Positions 24,308 through 39,060 are shown, counted from the stretch's first letter. The stretch is 64,000 nt of DNA from Octopus sinensis (GCF_006345805.1 NC_042997.1:207576001-207640000); one strand, 5' to 3'. A program made the numbers and translations. The notes: generated from the letters alone by a model not told the origin.

Positions 24308-25356
24308 GATGGGTTGGTGCCTTCCTCTCAGATCGCTCCTTCCAAGTCCAAGTTAATGGTTCGCTGTCCGACGTCTCCAGTGCGAGCAGTGGCGTGCCTC
24401 AAGGTTCAGTGCTTGGGCCCTTATTGTTCTTAGTCTTCATAAATGACTTGCCCGACGACCTCACACAACACACTCTTCTATTTGCCGATGATGTCAAACT
24501 GGTCGCTCCTCGCGGTGATATAGAGGATCTTCGTCGATGCCTCCACCAAGTTTGGAGATGGTCTAATGAATGGGACCTGTGTCTGAACGTGTCAAAGTGC
24601 TGGCACCTGCCTGTTGGCTCTTCTCCTACAACTCAACTTGATTTCGAGCCGGGTCGTCTGCTGCTGGAGAGGACCGACCAGGTAAAGGACCTGGGTATCT
24701 TGGTGGATTCTTCCTTTTCGCCTTCGGCCCAGGGCGTCCATGCCGCCAACAAAGCTCGCGGAGTTCTGTTTTTGATTCGACAGTCATTCGGAATGCTCAC
24801 AGCAGTCATATTCCTACCGCTCTATGTCACGCTGGTGAGACCCATATTGGAGTACGGGATTCAAGCCTCTTCTCCTTATCTCCTCAAAGACATACAGCAT
24901 CTCGAAAGGGTCCAGAAGCTGGCTACCCGCATGGTTCTTGGTCTCAAGCATTTGTCTTATGAAGAAAGGTTGAAGACGCTCGACCTTTATTCTCTAGAAA
25001 AACGCCGCCGCCGTGGTGATCTCATTCTTGCTCACAACATCATAAGCGAAAAGTGTAACCTCTCGAAAGAGCTGTTCTTCACTCCTGCTCCAAAACGTCG
25101 GCTGTGGGGTCACTCCGAAAAGCTCTATCTGCAACGATTTCATCTGAATCGAAGGAGAGGGGCTTTCTCCGTCCGGGTTGCAGATCTGTGGAATAAGCTG
25201 CCGGACGAGATAGTGAAGATGCTGACGACCGCTCGGTTCAAATGGCCTGAACTCTTTGCATGAACACCACCCTGTACATAACTCCATGTCCCCCTACATG
25301 GCCTTGCTTTTTGCTTTTTGAGCCCAAAAATTAACTTAACTTAAATTAACTTAACT
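24308..25356 (+). mobile_element. 5'-truncated CR1-clade LINE (RT C-terminal half, open frame)
   Basis: SGVPQGSVLGPLLFLVFINDL, LLFADDVKL, LVRPILEYG, LEKRRRRGDLI; (ttaac)n tail. The ORF N-terminus before 24308 is microsatellite. Confidence 0.9.
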
Positions 25357-25373
25357 ATATAATATATGCATAT

Positions 25374-25418
<45 letters not shown>

Positions 25419-25467
25419 TCACATATTATATATATATATACATACACACACACATACATATATATGA

Positions 25468-25535
<68 letters not shown>

Positions 25536-25539
25536 TAAG

Positions 25540-25860
25540 ACCCCCTTCAATCATGAATGACTATGGGACTGCACCAAGAAAGTCACCCTCCAAGGCACAA
25601 GTCCATGTAAGGTTGTTCATGAAAAACTAGCAGTCACCCATGCATACCGGCCTCCCTCTCCATGCCACTGGTGTTATCCAAGAGAAAGGCAAAGGGGCCG
25701 ATACAGCTTGGCACCAATAATATCACAACCCATTTCTACAGCTGAGTGAACTGGAGCAACGTAAAATAAAGTGTCTTGCTTAAGAACACAACACACAGCC
25801 CAGTCCAGGAACTGAACTCACAACCTCACGCTTGATGCTCTAACCACTGAGCCATGTGCC
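25540..25860 (-). mobile_element. tRNA-derived SINE (second family), reverse orientation
   Basis: Minus head ggcacatggctcagtggttagagc...gagttcagttcc; homologous to 50850-51140. Confidence 0.75.
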
Positions 25861-26329
25861 TACACACACACACATATATATATGAAAACATACATATATA
25901 TGTGTGTGTATATATATATACATACATACATACATATATGCATCAGCATGGCCGCAGCTCTGAGCTGAAACTAGAGAAAAAAAAATACATATATATATAT
26001 ATCAAACTAATTTAGAGACGAACCACCATTCCACAACTCAGTCAATGAAGAATCCATCCAAAACCATCCTGTGAGACATAAACCATACAAATGCTAATCT
26101 AAAATTTTAATAATATATAATATTGAACAGTAAGATTTTTACATATAAGAGGAAATCCTTTAAAAATCACAGCGAATATTCATACAAAGAAACATTCATC
26201 ATAAAACTATTAATCTAAAATTCAAATAAAGTATAAATTCAATTTATACTATACAGCCTTTTATCTCATTACACAAAAAATTTGTATATGTATATATATC
26301 TTTTATCGTTTACCTAGACTGCAACCATG

Positions 26330-27130
26330 CTGGGGTCATTAGATCAAAGAAACAGGCCTGGAAGTGTGAGGACAGCAGGGAAGAGTATCAGGTAGCCAGA
26401 ACAGAAGGCTGAGAGACAGATGTATCTAGGCGAGGGAGAAGCAGAAAAAAATTTTGCCTATGTTCAGTGATGTGAGGACCAAATAACTGAAGTATTTCAG
26501 ATTGCAAAACTGTGTGAAAGAAAATTGTGATGTTATAGGAGAGAAATGTGTCTGCATAGATGTTTGTGCTCTTGGGTTTAGTGATTCTGCAAAGAAAGAA
26601 GGTTGGAGATGCCATTATGAAAGTCTACTGAATGTGGAGAATGAACGAATGGGAGGAGGAGGCGAGTCTGCCAAATGTTGACTAAATTGACAACACCTTA
26701 GTAGATAACGCAATTAAGGATATGAAGACAGGGAAAGCCCCTAGCCCTTCAGAAATCACAGCAGAGGGGCTTAAAATATCTCACAGTGTAGGTTATGGTC
26801 TAGTCACCCGTATTGTAAATCAGGTGATACATGAAGGAGTCATATCCAATGACTGGTGTAGCAGCACCATATTCAAACTGCTACAAAGATAAAGGTGATG
26901 CTTTAAATAGAAATAACTACAGAGGTATCAAATTATTGGATCGGTTGATGAAAGTTACAGAGAGGGTCATAGCCTAACTAATTAGGGAGAGAGTTAGCCT
27001 AGATGAGATGCAGTTTGGTTTTGTGCCAGGCAGAAGCACCAGTAATGCTATAGTTCTGGTAAGGCAACTGCAGGGGAAATACCTAGCCAAAGATAAACCA
27101 CTGTATTTGATTTTTGTTGACTGGAAGATT
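26330..27130 (+). mobile_element. Degenerate RTE internal fragment (linker to RT start)
   Basis: Homologous to 16260-17070 (atgaagacagggaaagcccc, gatgagatgcagtttggttttgtgccagg). Confidence 0.85.
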
Positions 27131-28190
27131 GTTTTCAAATTTTAGCTGACCAATTAGGTTGTAGTATTGACTTTGACCTCACCCCACTACACATAGGGAT
27201 ATTGCGATTAGGTTTCAGTCAATAAGTAACAAATAATAACATCGCACCAAGGTTTCACCTATTTTTTCTTTCATTAATGTACTTGTGTATTAATTTTCCC
27301 CTGACATGTCCAATTTCGGTTATTTCTGCCAACTCTTTTCATAATGCTATATCTATCAAATAGTGGTTAGCCTCTAACGTCTGACCCTTGTAACATGGAC
27401 CAAACCATTAAATCCACCATATAACATACTACCTTCACTATTTTTCTCTGAATAATTGAAACACGATGTAAAACCACAGCCTACGGATATATCTCCTGAG
27501 AGTGACTTTATTTACTTACCACAGGATGGAATATCAAGGATTATAACAACACCTTAAAATGAAGTTCTTATCTTTCCTTACCAAGTCTATTACATTGCAT
27601 TATATTTTATTTTTGCCTATTTTATTCTATCTTATCTTATTTTACCCTACTCTATTATTCTAACTGAATTTCCCACATGTTAGTTCCCTAACATTTGTAC
27701 TCTCTGAAGAAGCCTTGAGGCTCAACCATTATCCAATCTCTGTCCAATGTTTGTTCATTCCTGTATATCACTGATGTGATGAGGATGACTTGGAAGACTC
27801 TGGGGCCTCATGGTAGAAATGGCCATAAGGGATTTTTAACTGTACACTCATCTATTATTATTCATTCATTTCTATATATATGTGTCTGTTTACTTACTTA
27901 TTGGCTGATCTCATTCGTTTACTTGTATCACTTAAACACATCTTTGTTATCATTTAATAGACATAATTGAATGTTTACTGGCTGATGTTTGTCAATTTTA
28001 TATCTTCTCCATTTCCTTATTTGCCTTATAAATCCTGGATAAATTTCCATTCTACCCCCATCCACACCCAATATTCAACTGTAATATTGCCATGCACTTG
28101 GTTAAAAATACGTAGGTACACATCCAGTAGTATATTAGTATATTGGATATTTAATATCCCTTAGATGGTTTATTAACCTCTAACTCGTAG

Positions 28191-28325
<135 letters not shown>

Positions 28326-28889
28326 CAGATAGATGTTTCACCCATGGTAGTAGTGAATATATTCTTAAGGTCAACTTTTAGTCACTCATGAGCTCTTCTA
28401 GCCATCATTGGTAATTCACTTCTGAGCCAAGCTGAATGAAGTACTTTTAGGCACAAAATGTTCCAGCCCTAATTGACATTTTGAAGTAAAAGAATGAAAT
28501 TTGGTTCATCGGGAAAAAAATTAGCTCAAAATATTTGATGTAAAAAAATGATAGAGTAAGGTGAAAAATTGGCTTTCAATCAAAATATCTCAATTATTTT
28601 AAAAGAAATGTATAAATTAATTGGCTTTAAAAGAATGTGCTCATTGAGATAAATTTTTTGGTGAGAACCTCATTAAAAAATTTTAGCTACAAAAGTGTTT
28701 TCACAGCAATTCTATATTCAAGTTTGTTTTATTTTCTGCAAAAATATCACCTCACTTGGTACCTCAAAGTTTGTCTCTCAAATATATCATTCACCCATGG
28801 CAGTCAGCATTTCTAGGATTCATCACAAATTCAGTTATTTTCAATTTAAGTTGATATTTTGGAATTTGAAATTTCTTTGTATTAAGCAG

Positions 28890-29065
28890 GTGTATGGATC
28901 TTGGGAAGTCATCTGGGAGCGAGAGGTGGAGTTACCGTGATGGTTCAGAAAAATCTGGATCTTGCAATACAGATGATCTTCCTGGATCCGGAAGGTAAGT
29001 CACTGGTTCTGGACGTGAAAGACAGTGAAGGACATACTTTCAGGCTAGTTGCTGTCTATGCATCA
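28890..29065 (+). mobile_element. Tx1/L1-type endonuclease fragment
   Basis: Translates GARGGVTVMVQKNLDLAIQMIFLDPEGKSLVLDVKDSEGHTFRLVAVYA, similar to the 34223-34651 ORF. Confidence 0.7.
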
Positions 29066-29696
29066 TCATAATGGACATCATGACCATGATGTTTATGATG
29101 ATGACGATGCTCATGATGATGATGATGATGATGATGATGGTGGTTATCATAGTGATGGTGGTGATGTTGATGATTAGTTTATAATCATGAAGCTGATGAT
29201 AATGATGATGATGGGTAAAAGTTTTATTGTTTTATTTCTGTAAATTTTCACAAATATTATTTTTGAAAATTTAAGTCAAAAAAAGAAACTTTTACAAAAC
29301 TATGATTAAAAAATAAATAAATACCTTTCTCCGCCATGATTTCAACATGTATTTTTGCTCTGCAAATGAAAATAAAATAATTAGGAAAAACATTGTTAAG
29401 GTATTAAATACATCATTTGTTTTCAAAGTAAATTCTCTCTCTCTCTCTCTCTCATATAATTACAGTTAAGAGAGAGATCAGAACAACTGGGCAGGACTCA
29501 GACAGGAATCCATCTCCCCCCTTTACCATTCAGATTCCTCAGCCAAATGCAATGCTTATCTATTCACATTGTTTTGAATCGATGCCATTATCTTTCCTCC
29601 ACTAAGTTTCATTTCATTAGTATCATTGTTGTTGCCATCATCATCATCATCATCACCAAATATTTTGACACTGCTTAGGTATGAAAATGTATTCAC

Positions 29697-29765
29697 CTTG
29701 ACAACATCATTTAGTGTAACCAATGCTATGTCGGCATTCTCTCTTTTCATAACAAGGAACACATC
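29697..29765 (-). CDS. Candidate coding exon (RRM-like segment), possibly of the macrodomain gene
   Basis: ttttgacaacag acceptor and AAG|gtgaat donor; 69 bp, phase 0/0; DVFLVMKRENADIALVTLNDVVK. Confidence 0.45.
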
Positions 29766-30239
29766 CTGTTGTCAAAATTAAAACAATTTCTTTACCAGCC
29801 ATCTTTAAATAAATATAGGAAATAGCTTTTCTCGTTAATTGTTGAAAATCAAATAAATATAAATGTGTGACTCCTTGGCGATACTCTACCCTAATTCATC
29901 TCCTTACTCGACCATCCCATCTATGCCCTGGTCCCCTTTCTTTGCAAGTATACCAAGGCACTTTCCACCATCCTTCTCCTGATCTTGCTGTCTCCTAATC
30001 TCTCTCTCTCTCTCTCTCTCTCTCCCCCTTGCTCTCTGTTCTGGCTGAGTAATTATGTATCTCTTCTATAGCAACAAACCTACCTCTGCCCTCATTCTTG
30101 ATCACTCTCTCTCCCTCCTTACCTCTGGTTAGGTAACCACGTATCTCCTTCACAGCAGCACACCTCTTGTTAACTCCCACTCTCTCTCCAGTTAACTGTT
30201 TCTGCCCTCATTCTTGTTAACTCTCACTCTCTTTGACAG

Positions 30240-30845
30240 AAAGATGTAGAGCTTGTGGAACTTAGAACAAGACAGTGGCACACATTGTGACAGAATGCCC
30301 TAAGTTGGCACAGGAAGAATATAAGAAATGGAGGCCCGACCCGGTTGTAAAAGTTTTACACTGGAAACTGTGTCAGAAATGGGGATTTGAAGCTGGAAAC
30401 ACAGGGTACAATCAAATAGACAAGAAATTAGAAAGCAATAGACCAGACATAATGATTATAGATAAGGAAAAGTGAAGTTGCTCACTGACTGACCCACCAT
30501 GCCTCTTTGATTCCAGGATCATAAAGAGGAAGAAAAAAACAAATATAATCCCCTAAAATTTAAAATAGAAAGTATTTAGAGTATGCAAATAGTAAAGGTA
30601 TTGCCTATAACAATTGGTGAGTTGGGAACTGTAAGTCAAAGTATAGACAAATGGCCGAAGGAGATTGGAATGGAATGCCCAGTTGAGCTCTTACAGGAAG
30701 TTTGCCTTTTGGAGAGAGCAAGGATTAGCAGGAGGATTCTAAGCACTTGCAAGACTGCTGAAAACTTGTGGATACTTAAGGTTACAGTTAGTAACCCGCT
30801 ATTCACATAATTCCTACCAGGAATAAGACCAAAATAATAATAATA
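30240..30845 (+). mobile_element. R4/Dong-like RLE retrotransposon 3' fragment
   Basis: HIVTECPKLAQEEYK, NRPDIMIIDK, VLPITIGELG...ARISRRIL; ends in short (taa)n. Confidence 0.8.
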
Positions 30846-30929
30846 TGATCAGGTAAGCGCAATAAGGAAGAAAGGATGGATAACAGTATTAGGGTTCGAT
30901 GAGATTAGGAAGAGAGTGGCAATCAAGAA

Positions 30930-31800
30930 CACAGGGAGCAATGCAGAAGTAAATATAAAGTTGACGATGCTGCACTTAATGAGAGTAGCGAGGAGAAGGT
31001 ATAATGTCTTAAGCTGTTAGTGTAGAGATGGACTAAATAATGAAGGCAAAGAATGATCGAAGACATTAATAGTATTTTTGAGGGAAAACACGGATTCAGA
31101 AAAATGGATAGAAATTTGCTCAGTGCATGGACTCTTAATTCGAATAAAATGCTGAAAGAAATCAAGACAAATAATATAACCAGAACAAATATATTGATAA
31201 AAGCCTGCATTATCTATGTAGGAAATAATGTAGGCCTCGAACCAAACCATAAATGTGGGAATGAAGGAAACGAAGCTTGGTGGAAAAGAAGAATAAAACA
31301 ATCAATGAACAAACTATGAAAACATATCAATATTTTGGAAAGAAAGAAGAAAAGATGAAATCAATAGAGAGGAGAAATATCAGGAACTAGAACGTAGATA
31401 AAGGATAAAGAGAAAGGGACTAAATGTAGTTCTTGAAGAGCTGAAACAAAGATTGCAGGCTAAAGCGACAAAGATTAAGAGATATGACTAAAACATTGAA
31501 CAATATAAAATCAACAGTTTGTTCCAACAAGACCAGAAAAGGGTTTATTAGCAACTGAATGGAAAGGTTAACAGCAGTGAGAGACCAAGCACTGAAGAAA
31601 GTAAAAGGTTTTTGAATAATGGAAGAAAGTATAACAAAGATGCTATATGGTTGAAGGAATTAAGGTTGGAAAACTATGAAGTGAAAAAGGGCAATATTAG
31701 AATAATGACTGAAATGGTAACTGAATGGACAACAAAGATCCCAAACTGGAAATGCCCAGGAGCGGATAGGGTAGAAGGATATTAGCTGAAAAATTTCCCT
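30930..31800 (+). mobile_element. R4/Dong-like element, pre-RT N-terminal fragment
   Basis: IKTNNITRTNILIKAC...AWWKRRIKQ, later qqdqkrvy-like and nwkcpgadrvegy-like segments; degenerate. Confidence 0.65.
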
Positions 31801-34800
31801 TCACCCCACAGACCAAAAGTCCTCCAGAACAGACAAGTCAGTTCATCTTCGTGATACCAAGAAATCTCCCCTAGGATCTCGTTGCACTTTCCAACCACTA
31901 ATCCTCTATAAATAGCCAAAGTGAAACATCCATCGATCCTTTTGTCCGACTGGTAGAGGACAGTGAGCATCTGATGACCTTCTAGGTGCCCAGTCTTCAT
32001 CTATTCTTTACTGAGGACTGCAGCTCTGTCAAAGAGACAAGTTGTGAAAATACATGCCTCACAAATGGAGCGCACATTGCAGGTGATGCAACCTGAGCAT
32101 GTGTCTGTGCATCAAAAAACACAGCATGCTTAATCCTCCACTCAAAGGGAGCTGGCAGCAGGATGACTGCCTGACCATTGGAATGCATACTTTCCACAAG
32201 AAGATGAACAAGAGATGCTCCAACTTGATCAAACAATAACTGGGGTGAGGCATGATGGTCAGATTGTAAATAATGATGGAGGCAATGTAGGCATTCACCG
32301 TCTCTACCTAACATTTCAAGGGCAGTTTCCTCTCTGCCCACTTCTGGGTAAGACTGGCCACCCTGTTTGTCACTTTGTCCCAGTTCATATCTTTGGGATT
32401 AAACCAGATCCTGAGCTGTTTAAGTGGTCCAGCAGTCTGGCATTAGATGGTGCCATCTGATGGCATCAACCTGCCTCTCCAGGTGCCCATTTGCAAGCCC
32501 ACCAACTCCTCAGTGTTAATTTTCGCACCTACAACCAATTCATATTCCTCTACAATGGAGCTGACCGTCTCCACTTTGGAGGCATCAGATACCATGATGA
32601 TGATGATGTCCACACATGTTAACATTGCCATTCTATGTCCCAGTTTGAAAGGGATGCCCCTCAGTTGTTCCAACTTTTGCAGCAGCAGCTTGAGAGCCAG
32701 CACATACAGAAGGAGGGACAGTGGGCAGCCCTGTTGGACTGAGCATGTGATGCTAAATGGTTCCAATAAATGGTCATTTATTTTGACCATCCAGCAGGTG
32801 CTGCTGTGCATTGCAGTGATTCAGCCTCTGAAAATGGATCCAAAACCAGCTGCTTTAATGACAGATTACAAGTAGCAATGGTTGACTCTATCGAATGCTA
32901 TTGATGGATCCAAACTGATTAGCCCCCCCCCCCAAATCCAGCTTTAGTCCTAATGCTCTCTATGATGTATCACATAAGGTGAAGGTTGTCATGGATAGAC
33001 CTATTCAGGATTGCACACATTGGTGATTCCTCAACAAGATTACCAACAAGCACCAACCTTTTTGCTAACACGTTGGCCAAAATTTCCTAGTACATCCCCA
33101 CTGTCAGCTTCTTTCTTCAGCAGTGTCACCACACCCTGACTAACAGCACTAGGAATTCTCACATTCTGTTGCCAGTTGTGGTAAACATCTGCCAAGAGGT
33201 TGACAAACAAATCTAGCATGACGATTAGCAACTTGTGTAATTGTCCATCACCTCTCATATTTCAGTGGCCATTACTGGCTTTTTGCTGAACCTTGTGTCT
33301 GCTGCTGAGAGCTGCAGCAGATTACCTAAATATGAACTAAAGTCTGCTACCATCACTGACTCATCGTCCTCCCCAAACAGCTGCACAAAGTGCAGCTGAA
33401 GAGCTGTGCACATCTGCTCAGAACCATGTAGCATGTGCCCATCTTGATACGTCAAAGACCCACTCATGGTTTTTTACCATGATGCGTTTCCATCATTTGA
33501 GCCTATCGGACAGCTTTAGTTCCCTCACGTCTTAGTACACAGGCCTTAGTTCTGACAATGCAACCTTAAATGATCAAGAATCGTTCTTGCCACTAACACA
33601 TCAATCATGATTGTTATCTCTAGTTAACTAACTAGTTCTCCCTCTCACCTATTTTCTTCTATTGCTGTTATGGGAGAATCCTGTACACCCCCCACGTGAC
33701 TGATAGAGGACTAACAGATTTCAATAAATAAAGAACTGTGTGAACTGTCCGTAGCAGTTGACAGTGTTGGTTGACTGTATAGGTTACTGTGTTAGTGTGA
33801 TGTGTGTTGGTTTACTATCTTACCTACATCCATCTAGTACAAAGTATGTTCTGTGTGAACATAATAATTCTGCTATAGATTATTTCTAGATAACCATATC
33901 CAAATAATTATTCTTACACCCAACATGTACACACGTCATAACACTAACTCTTTGTTAAATGCTATCAATTCTGCTCTAATTGTCCTCTTCAGGGCTATTC
34001 ACCAACAGCTGCTGATGATTACCCCTATCAAGTGCCACTTAATTAGTTTGTGTATCTGGTCCCTGTAAGTATTTGTGTGTCAGAAGGGATGCATTCAACT
34101 TCCAGTAACCGGCTCCCCGTCTATGAGTGCTATCTAAATCAACTGTGCAGGTCACAAATTTGTGGTCTATGTAGCTGACCAATATGAATTGTGAAGACTC
34201 TACACTATCCTTATCCGCTAACCTAACAAATACTCTCTCTACATACGATCTGGATGACCCATTTTGGTTGTTCCATGCCCACACTGCACATCAGGGAAAT
34301 CCAGTCGATACCTGTCAGAAAGCTGGAAGTTTCTGAGCAGGTTTTTGAGACTTTTACACCCACTTCTACTATGTACAAGATTTTCTGCACATCCAAAATA
34401 CTATTCCAGTCCTCCACTAGTACTAAAGTGTGAGACGTTCCCAGAAATGTTTCTAGAAGCCTAAAGAAATCTGGCTGTCCAGCCCTTGTCAGGGTATACA
34501 CAGCCACCACTCTAAAAGCACCACATTCACTGCCAATCACATCAAGCACCACCAGCCTACTCTCTGGGTCCAAGAAGACTTCCCTTGCTTTGAGATCTAA
34601 GGATTTCAGAATAACACTGCTACACCGTTGCCTACTCCCGATAAATAACATGACGAGAATACCTTGTAGTCTTTGAAAATGGATGCTAGAGCATGTTTAC
34701 CAGAAATTCTTGTCTCACTAATTGCTGCCATGTCTAAAGTAAGGGACCTGAGATTGTTGAGCAGGTAACCCTGCTTCCAAGCCGAATCCAGGCCCTGAAT

Positions 34801-35320
34801 ATTTACATACCCAACTCTAAGTGTAGTCTTTTAACTTAGAGGAAAGAAAATGGAATTGTATACCTTGGTCTCCAGGAATGACTGTTGACACAGGGAGTGG
34901 GGAAGGGTTTTTCTAGGAAGTTGTTTTTTGGGTACTTTACTAAACCCTCCAATGTCCTGGGGGGATTTGTTTCAGATCAAGTTATGCATCCATATCTGTT
35001 TGGATTAACATCCTGTCCAATGAAGTTTTCAGGAGGAGTTCAGCAAAACCTTCTCCATTTGTTACAATGTTTTTGTTATTAATTACTTTCTCAATCAATT
35101 CAATGTTGCTCTTCTGAACAACAAAGAAGTTGATAAAAGAAGTGTGTACCTGTGCGTGTGACTGTCAGTCATTTTGTTTTTCAAGTGTTTCTCTTTGCTT
35201 TTGTGTTGTTTGGAGTTGTGAATGTTTTTGTAAAAATGGGTTGTCTTGTGATGAAGGTGTTGATGTTGGTGTTCAGTTGTTCTTTAATTGGTCTTGTGAT
35301 GGATTTTGTTTTTTACCATA
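31800..35320 (-). mobile_element. Degenerate Tx1/L1-type LINE: ORF2 (endonuclease, RT) and probable ORF1 C-terminus
   Basis: LRVGYVNIQGL start at ~34830; FLDPESRLVVLDV; GYWKLNASLL; SVQQGCPLSLLLYVL; GAKIN. Interrupted at ~33580-34020. Confidence 0.85.
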
Positions 35321-35331
35321 ATGTCTTAAGG

Positions 35332-35720
35332 CAATGGTTCCCAAACCTTTTTCTCTGAGCTGCATTTTTAGAATGAAAATTTGCTCACACCTCACCAAAT
35401 TTTATGTGATAAAAAGTACATTTAAAAATAAAAAACATGACTAATAATGCATTAAATCTCTATTTATAACACAAACAGCTTATAATTTGATTAAAGTACA
35501 AAAATTTAATGTAAGGTATGAGCTTATTTTTGATGCGTAGTCACCGTTATATTTGGTTTAATTTGAGATAAACAAACTCTCTCCTTCAAACAAAGAAGCC
35601 TTTCCATTCTTTTTGGTCTTTGATATTTGTTGGAACTGTAGAAGAATGGATAATACTTTTGAAGAGACACATCGATATTGTTTCTGATTGTATATACAAA
35701 AAGATGCTTATATGATAAAT
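35332..35720 (-). mobile_element. hAT (Buster/Charlie-like) remnant with transposase C-terminus
   Basis: Terminal CAATGGTTCCCAAACC at 35332; minus ORF KRMERLLCLKERVCLSQIKPNI. Confidence 0.6.
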
Positions 35721-36239
35721 CTAACAATTAAAATGTACATGTATATTAATTTAGTATTACTATTTTAATGATAATAATAATATGGCTTTTCTTCTGAGTC
35801 CATCTACCTATGGTGAAGCATAAAATTAGTTTGCACAAGGCTTGTGCTCAATGTCTGTTTTGCAAACCTGATATGCCCACCCCCTCCCCCAACACTACCA
35901 CTTTAATTCATACATTAACATGTTCACCTGGTGACTCATACACTTCTTGTGCTGTTTGAGTCAATACATATTTTGAGTTTACTCTCATACAGGTACCCAG
36001 ATGAGTGTCGTATACAGTTAAAGGTACCTCATATATAAATATTTAGATATGTAATACTCAAACTGCCCTATGTAACCACCATATTCTCATACTCAACTGT
36101 TGACTCTTACTCTAGATGTTGGATAAGTTGGGGGAAAATCGTGATTCATTGTAATTCCCTGAGTAAAATATGTACCAAAGCCTTATGCTAGCTGGCAAGC
36201 ATTTTCGTAGATCTTCTTTGTTGTAGGTGATGACAAAAT

Positions 36240-39060
36240 TTCCACAACCACCTTCCTGTCACCACTCCCAAGTACTCAATCTCAAGGTCGCAAGCATCAA
36301 TGTTGGCACAATGAAAAGGAGTGGCAGATTATTGCAATGTTGCATCGATGCCATGTTGATGTGTGTAGTGTGCAAGAAGTAAGATGGAGGGAATCCTCAG
36401 CTAGATTCCTAAGGGGTAAGGAACAAAGATTAAAATTCTTCTGGGTTGGTAGAAAGAATGGAGTGGGTGGTGTAGGCATACTGTTAGCAAACATGTGGGT
36501 AGATAAGCTTACTGAGGTAGTTAGAGTATGTGATAGGGTAATAAGCTGAGACTTATTATAATTAATTAAGTTACAATTATCTCTACCTGTGCTCCTCAGT
36601 CTAGACTGACTGATGAGCAGAAGGACTGATTCTATGAGATCCTTTTGAAGACCACCTCAACAACAAATGACAGAGACTTCGTTATTGTAGCTGGTGACTT
36701 CAATGGACATGTTGAACAGCAACCCCCTGGATTCCAGGGAGTGCAGGGGGGGGGGGGCTATGGTTTTGAACCTATAAATGAGGAGGAAAAAAGACTGCTG
36801 GAGTTCTGTGATGCAAATGATCTCATGATCTGCAACACTAACTTCAAAAAACCAGGCAGCCACCTAATCACTTATCAGTCTGGTGAGCACATAAGCCAGA
36901 TTGACTACCTCTTCACCAGGCAACAAAATAGATGGATGCTTAAAAATGCAAAGTCTTTCACAGGTGAAGAATGTACAACCTGACATAGGTTACTAGTTAG
37001 TGACTTCAGAATTAGAGGTAGAAAGCCTCAGAGAAATGAACCAATCTGAAAAAGAAGACTATGGAAGCTCAAAGACCCAGCAAACAGACAAAAATTTAGA
37101 GATTTGCTAATGGAAGCTTCTGGCGAAAGTGAAGAAGAGTTGGGGACATACAGTTTAGAGGACAATTGGAAGATCCTGTGGGACAATCTACTGAGGGCTA
37201 CACAGGGAATCTGTGGCTAATGCAGAGTCTCAGCCAGACCAAGGGTGACATGATGGTGGAACAAGGAAATAGACAGAACTATAAAAGCAAAGAGACAAGC
37301 CTGAAAGGACTGGGAAAATGGTGGAAGCAGAGAATTACATCAGGTAGCCAAAAGAGCAGCTGGGCGTCAGGTTTACGTTGCGAAAAATGTAGCAGAAGGT
37401 AAGAGATCAGCAAATGTTATAGAAGGTGAGGTGTTCAGAATTGCAAAGAGATGTGGTGGGTGAGAAATGTGCGCGAATGGATAATGGTATGCTTGCAGTC
37501 AGTGACTCTGAGAAGAAAGACGCATGGAAGGGTCAGTATGAAAGGGTTAGTAAATGTGGGAAATGAATGGGTGAATAGGGGTTTACCAAATATTGAGCCA
37601 GTTGAGGGACCAACCATCACAGTTGATAGCAGCATAATAGATAAGGCAATTAAGGAGAGGAAGACAGGGAAAGCCCCTGGGTGGTCCATCGGAAATCACT
37701 GTCGAGATTATTAAAATCTGTGGTGGCATATGATACAGCTTAGTCACCTGTATAGTTAATCAGGCTATTCAGGTGGGGGGGCACCATCCCCAACGACTGG
37801 TGTAGTAGCGTTATAGGTAGCTGCTATAAGGGTTATAGGTGATGCCTTAGATAGAAACAACTACAGAGATATTAAAGTGATAGACCAAGTCATGAAAGGT
37901 ACTGAGAGGGTTGTATTTCATGTGATTAGAAATAGAATTAAACTAGATGAGATGCAGTTTGGTTTTGTAGCTGAGAAGAGTACCACAGAAGCCATCTTCC
38001 TAGTGAGACAGCTGCAAGGAAAGTAGTTGGCCAAAAGTAAGCCATCGACCTGGAGAAAGCTTTTAACAAAGTTCCTTGGTCTGTTACATGGTAGTCTGTA
38101 AGGAAGTTAGGAGCAGAGGAGTGGCTTGTTAGAGCTGTCCAAACCATGTACAGTCAGGAAGGTGAGAGTCAGCTATGAATAATACAGAGATGAATTTTGC
38201 GTTCAGAAAGGGGTTCACCAGGGCTCAGTTCTCAGCCCACTCTTATTCATTATAGTCCTTCAGGCCATCACAGCGGAATTCAAAACTGGGCACCAGTGGG
38301 AACTGCTATATGCTAAGGACCTTACACTTATTGCAGAATCTTTAGCAGAATTGGAGAAGAAATTCCAGGTATGGAAACAGGACCTGGAGTCAAAGGGCCT
38401 TAAGGTTAACCTAGCAAATACCAAAGTTGTTGTTAGTAAGAAAGAAGACAAAACTTTCCTTCCGTCATGTAAATGGTGCCGCTCCATAAGTAGGAAAGGA
38501 GTTGGAAGAAATTCCTTGTACTGTATCCAGTGTAAACTGTGGGCAGTGGAATCACAGGTAGATTAAGAGATAAAATTGTCTTTGTATGTGACAGATGTGC
38601 AGGAACAATAAGCACTAAGAGCACACGGGACTTAGATTCTCTCAAAAACCCAGGAGGTTCTCTTGAGGTTGTAGATAGTTTCTGTTACCTAGGTGACCAA
38701 ATTAGCAATGGTGGAGGATGCTCTGAAAATATTGTTTCTAGAATAAGAATTGAGTGGGTGAAGTTCAGAGAACTATTACCTCTGTTAGCAACAAAAAGGA
38801 CCCTCTCTCTCAAAGTGAAAAGTAGACTATATGGTGCTTGTGTGCGAATGGCTATACTCCATGGCAGTGAGACATGGGCTCTGAATACAGAAGACGTGTA
38901 GACTGGAGAGAAATTAAGGTGGTATGCACCGTTGGATGTGCAACAACAGTGCACATGTACGGCAAAGTGCAAATGTATTGAGAGAAAAGTTGGACATATC
39001 AAATGTAGTATGCAAGAGAGAAGACTACTTTGGTTTAGACATGTGATGTGCATGAATGAG
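36240..39060 (+). mobile_element. Old near-full-length RTE copy, heavily frameshifted
   Basis: Collinear with 15200-18200 from DVCSVQEVRW through RT and PHD remnant to MAILHGSETW. Confidence 0.9.

Noticed and set aside
33660-33900. Possible solo LTR interrupting the Tx1 ORF2
   Set aside because: TG start and AATAAA are present, but no clear CA end or TSD could be established.
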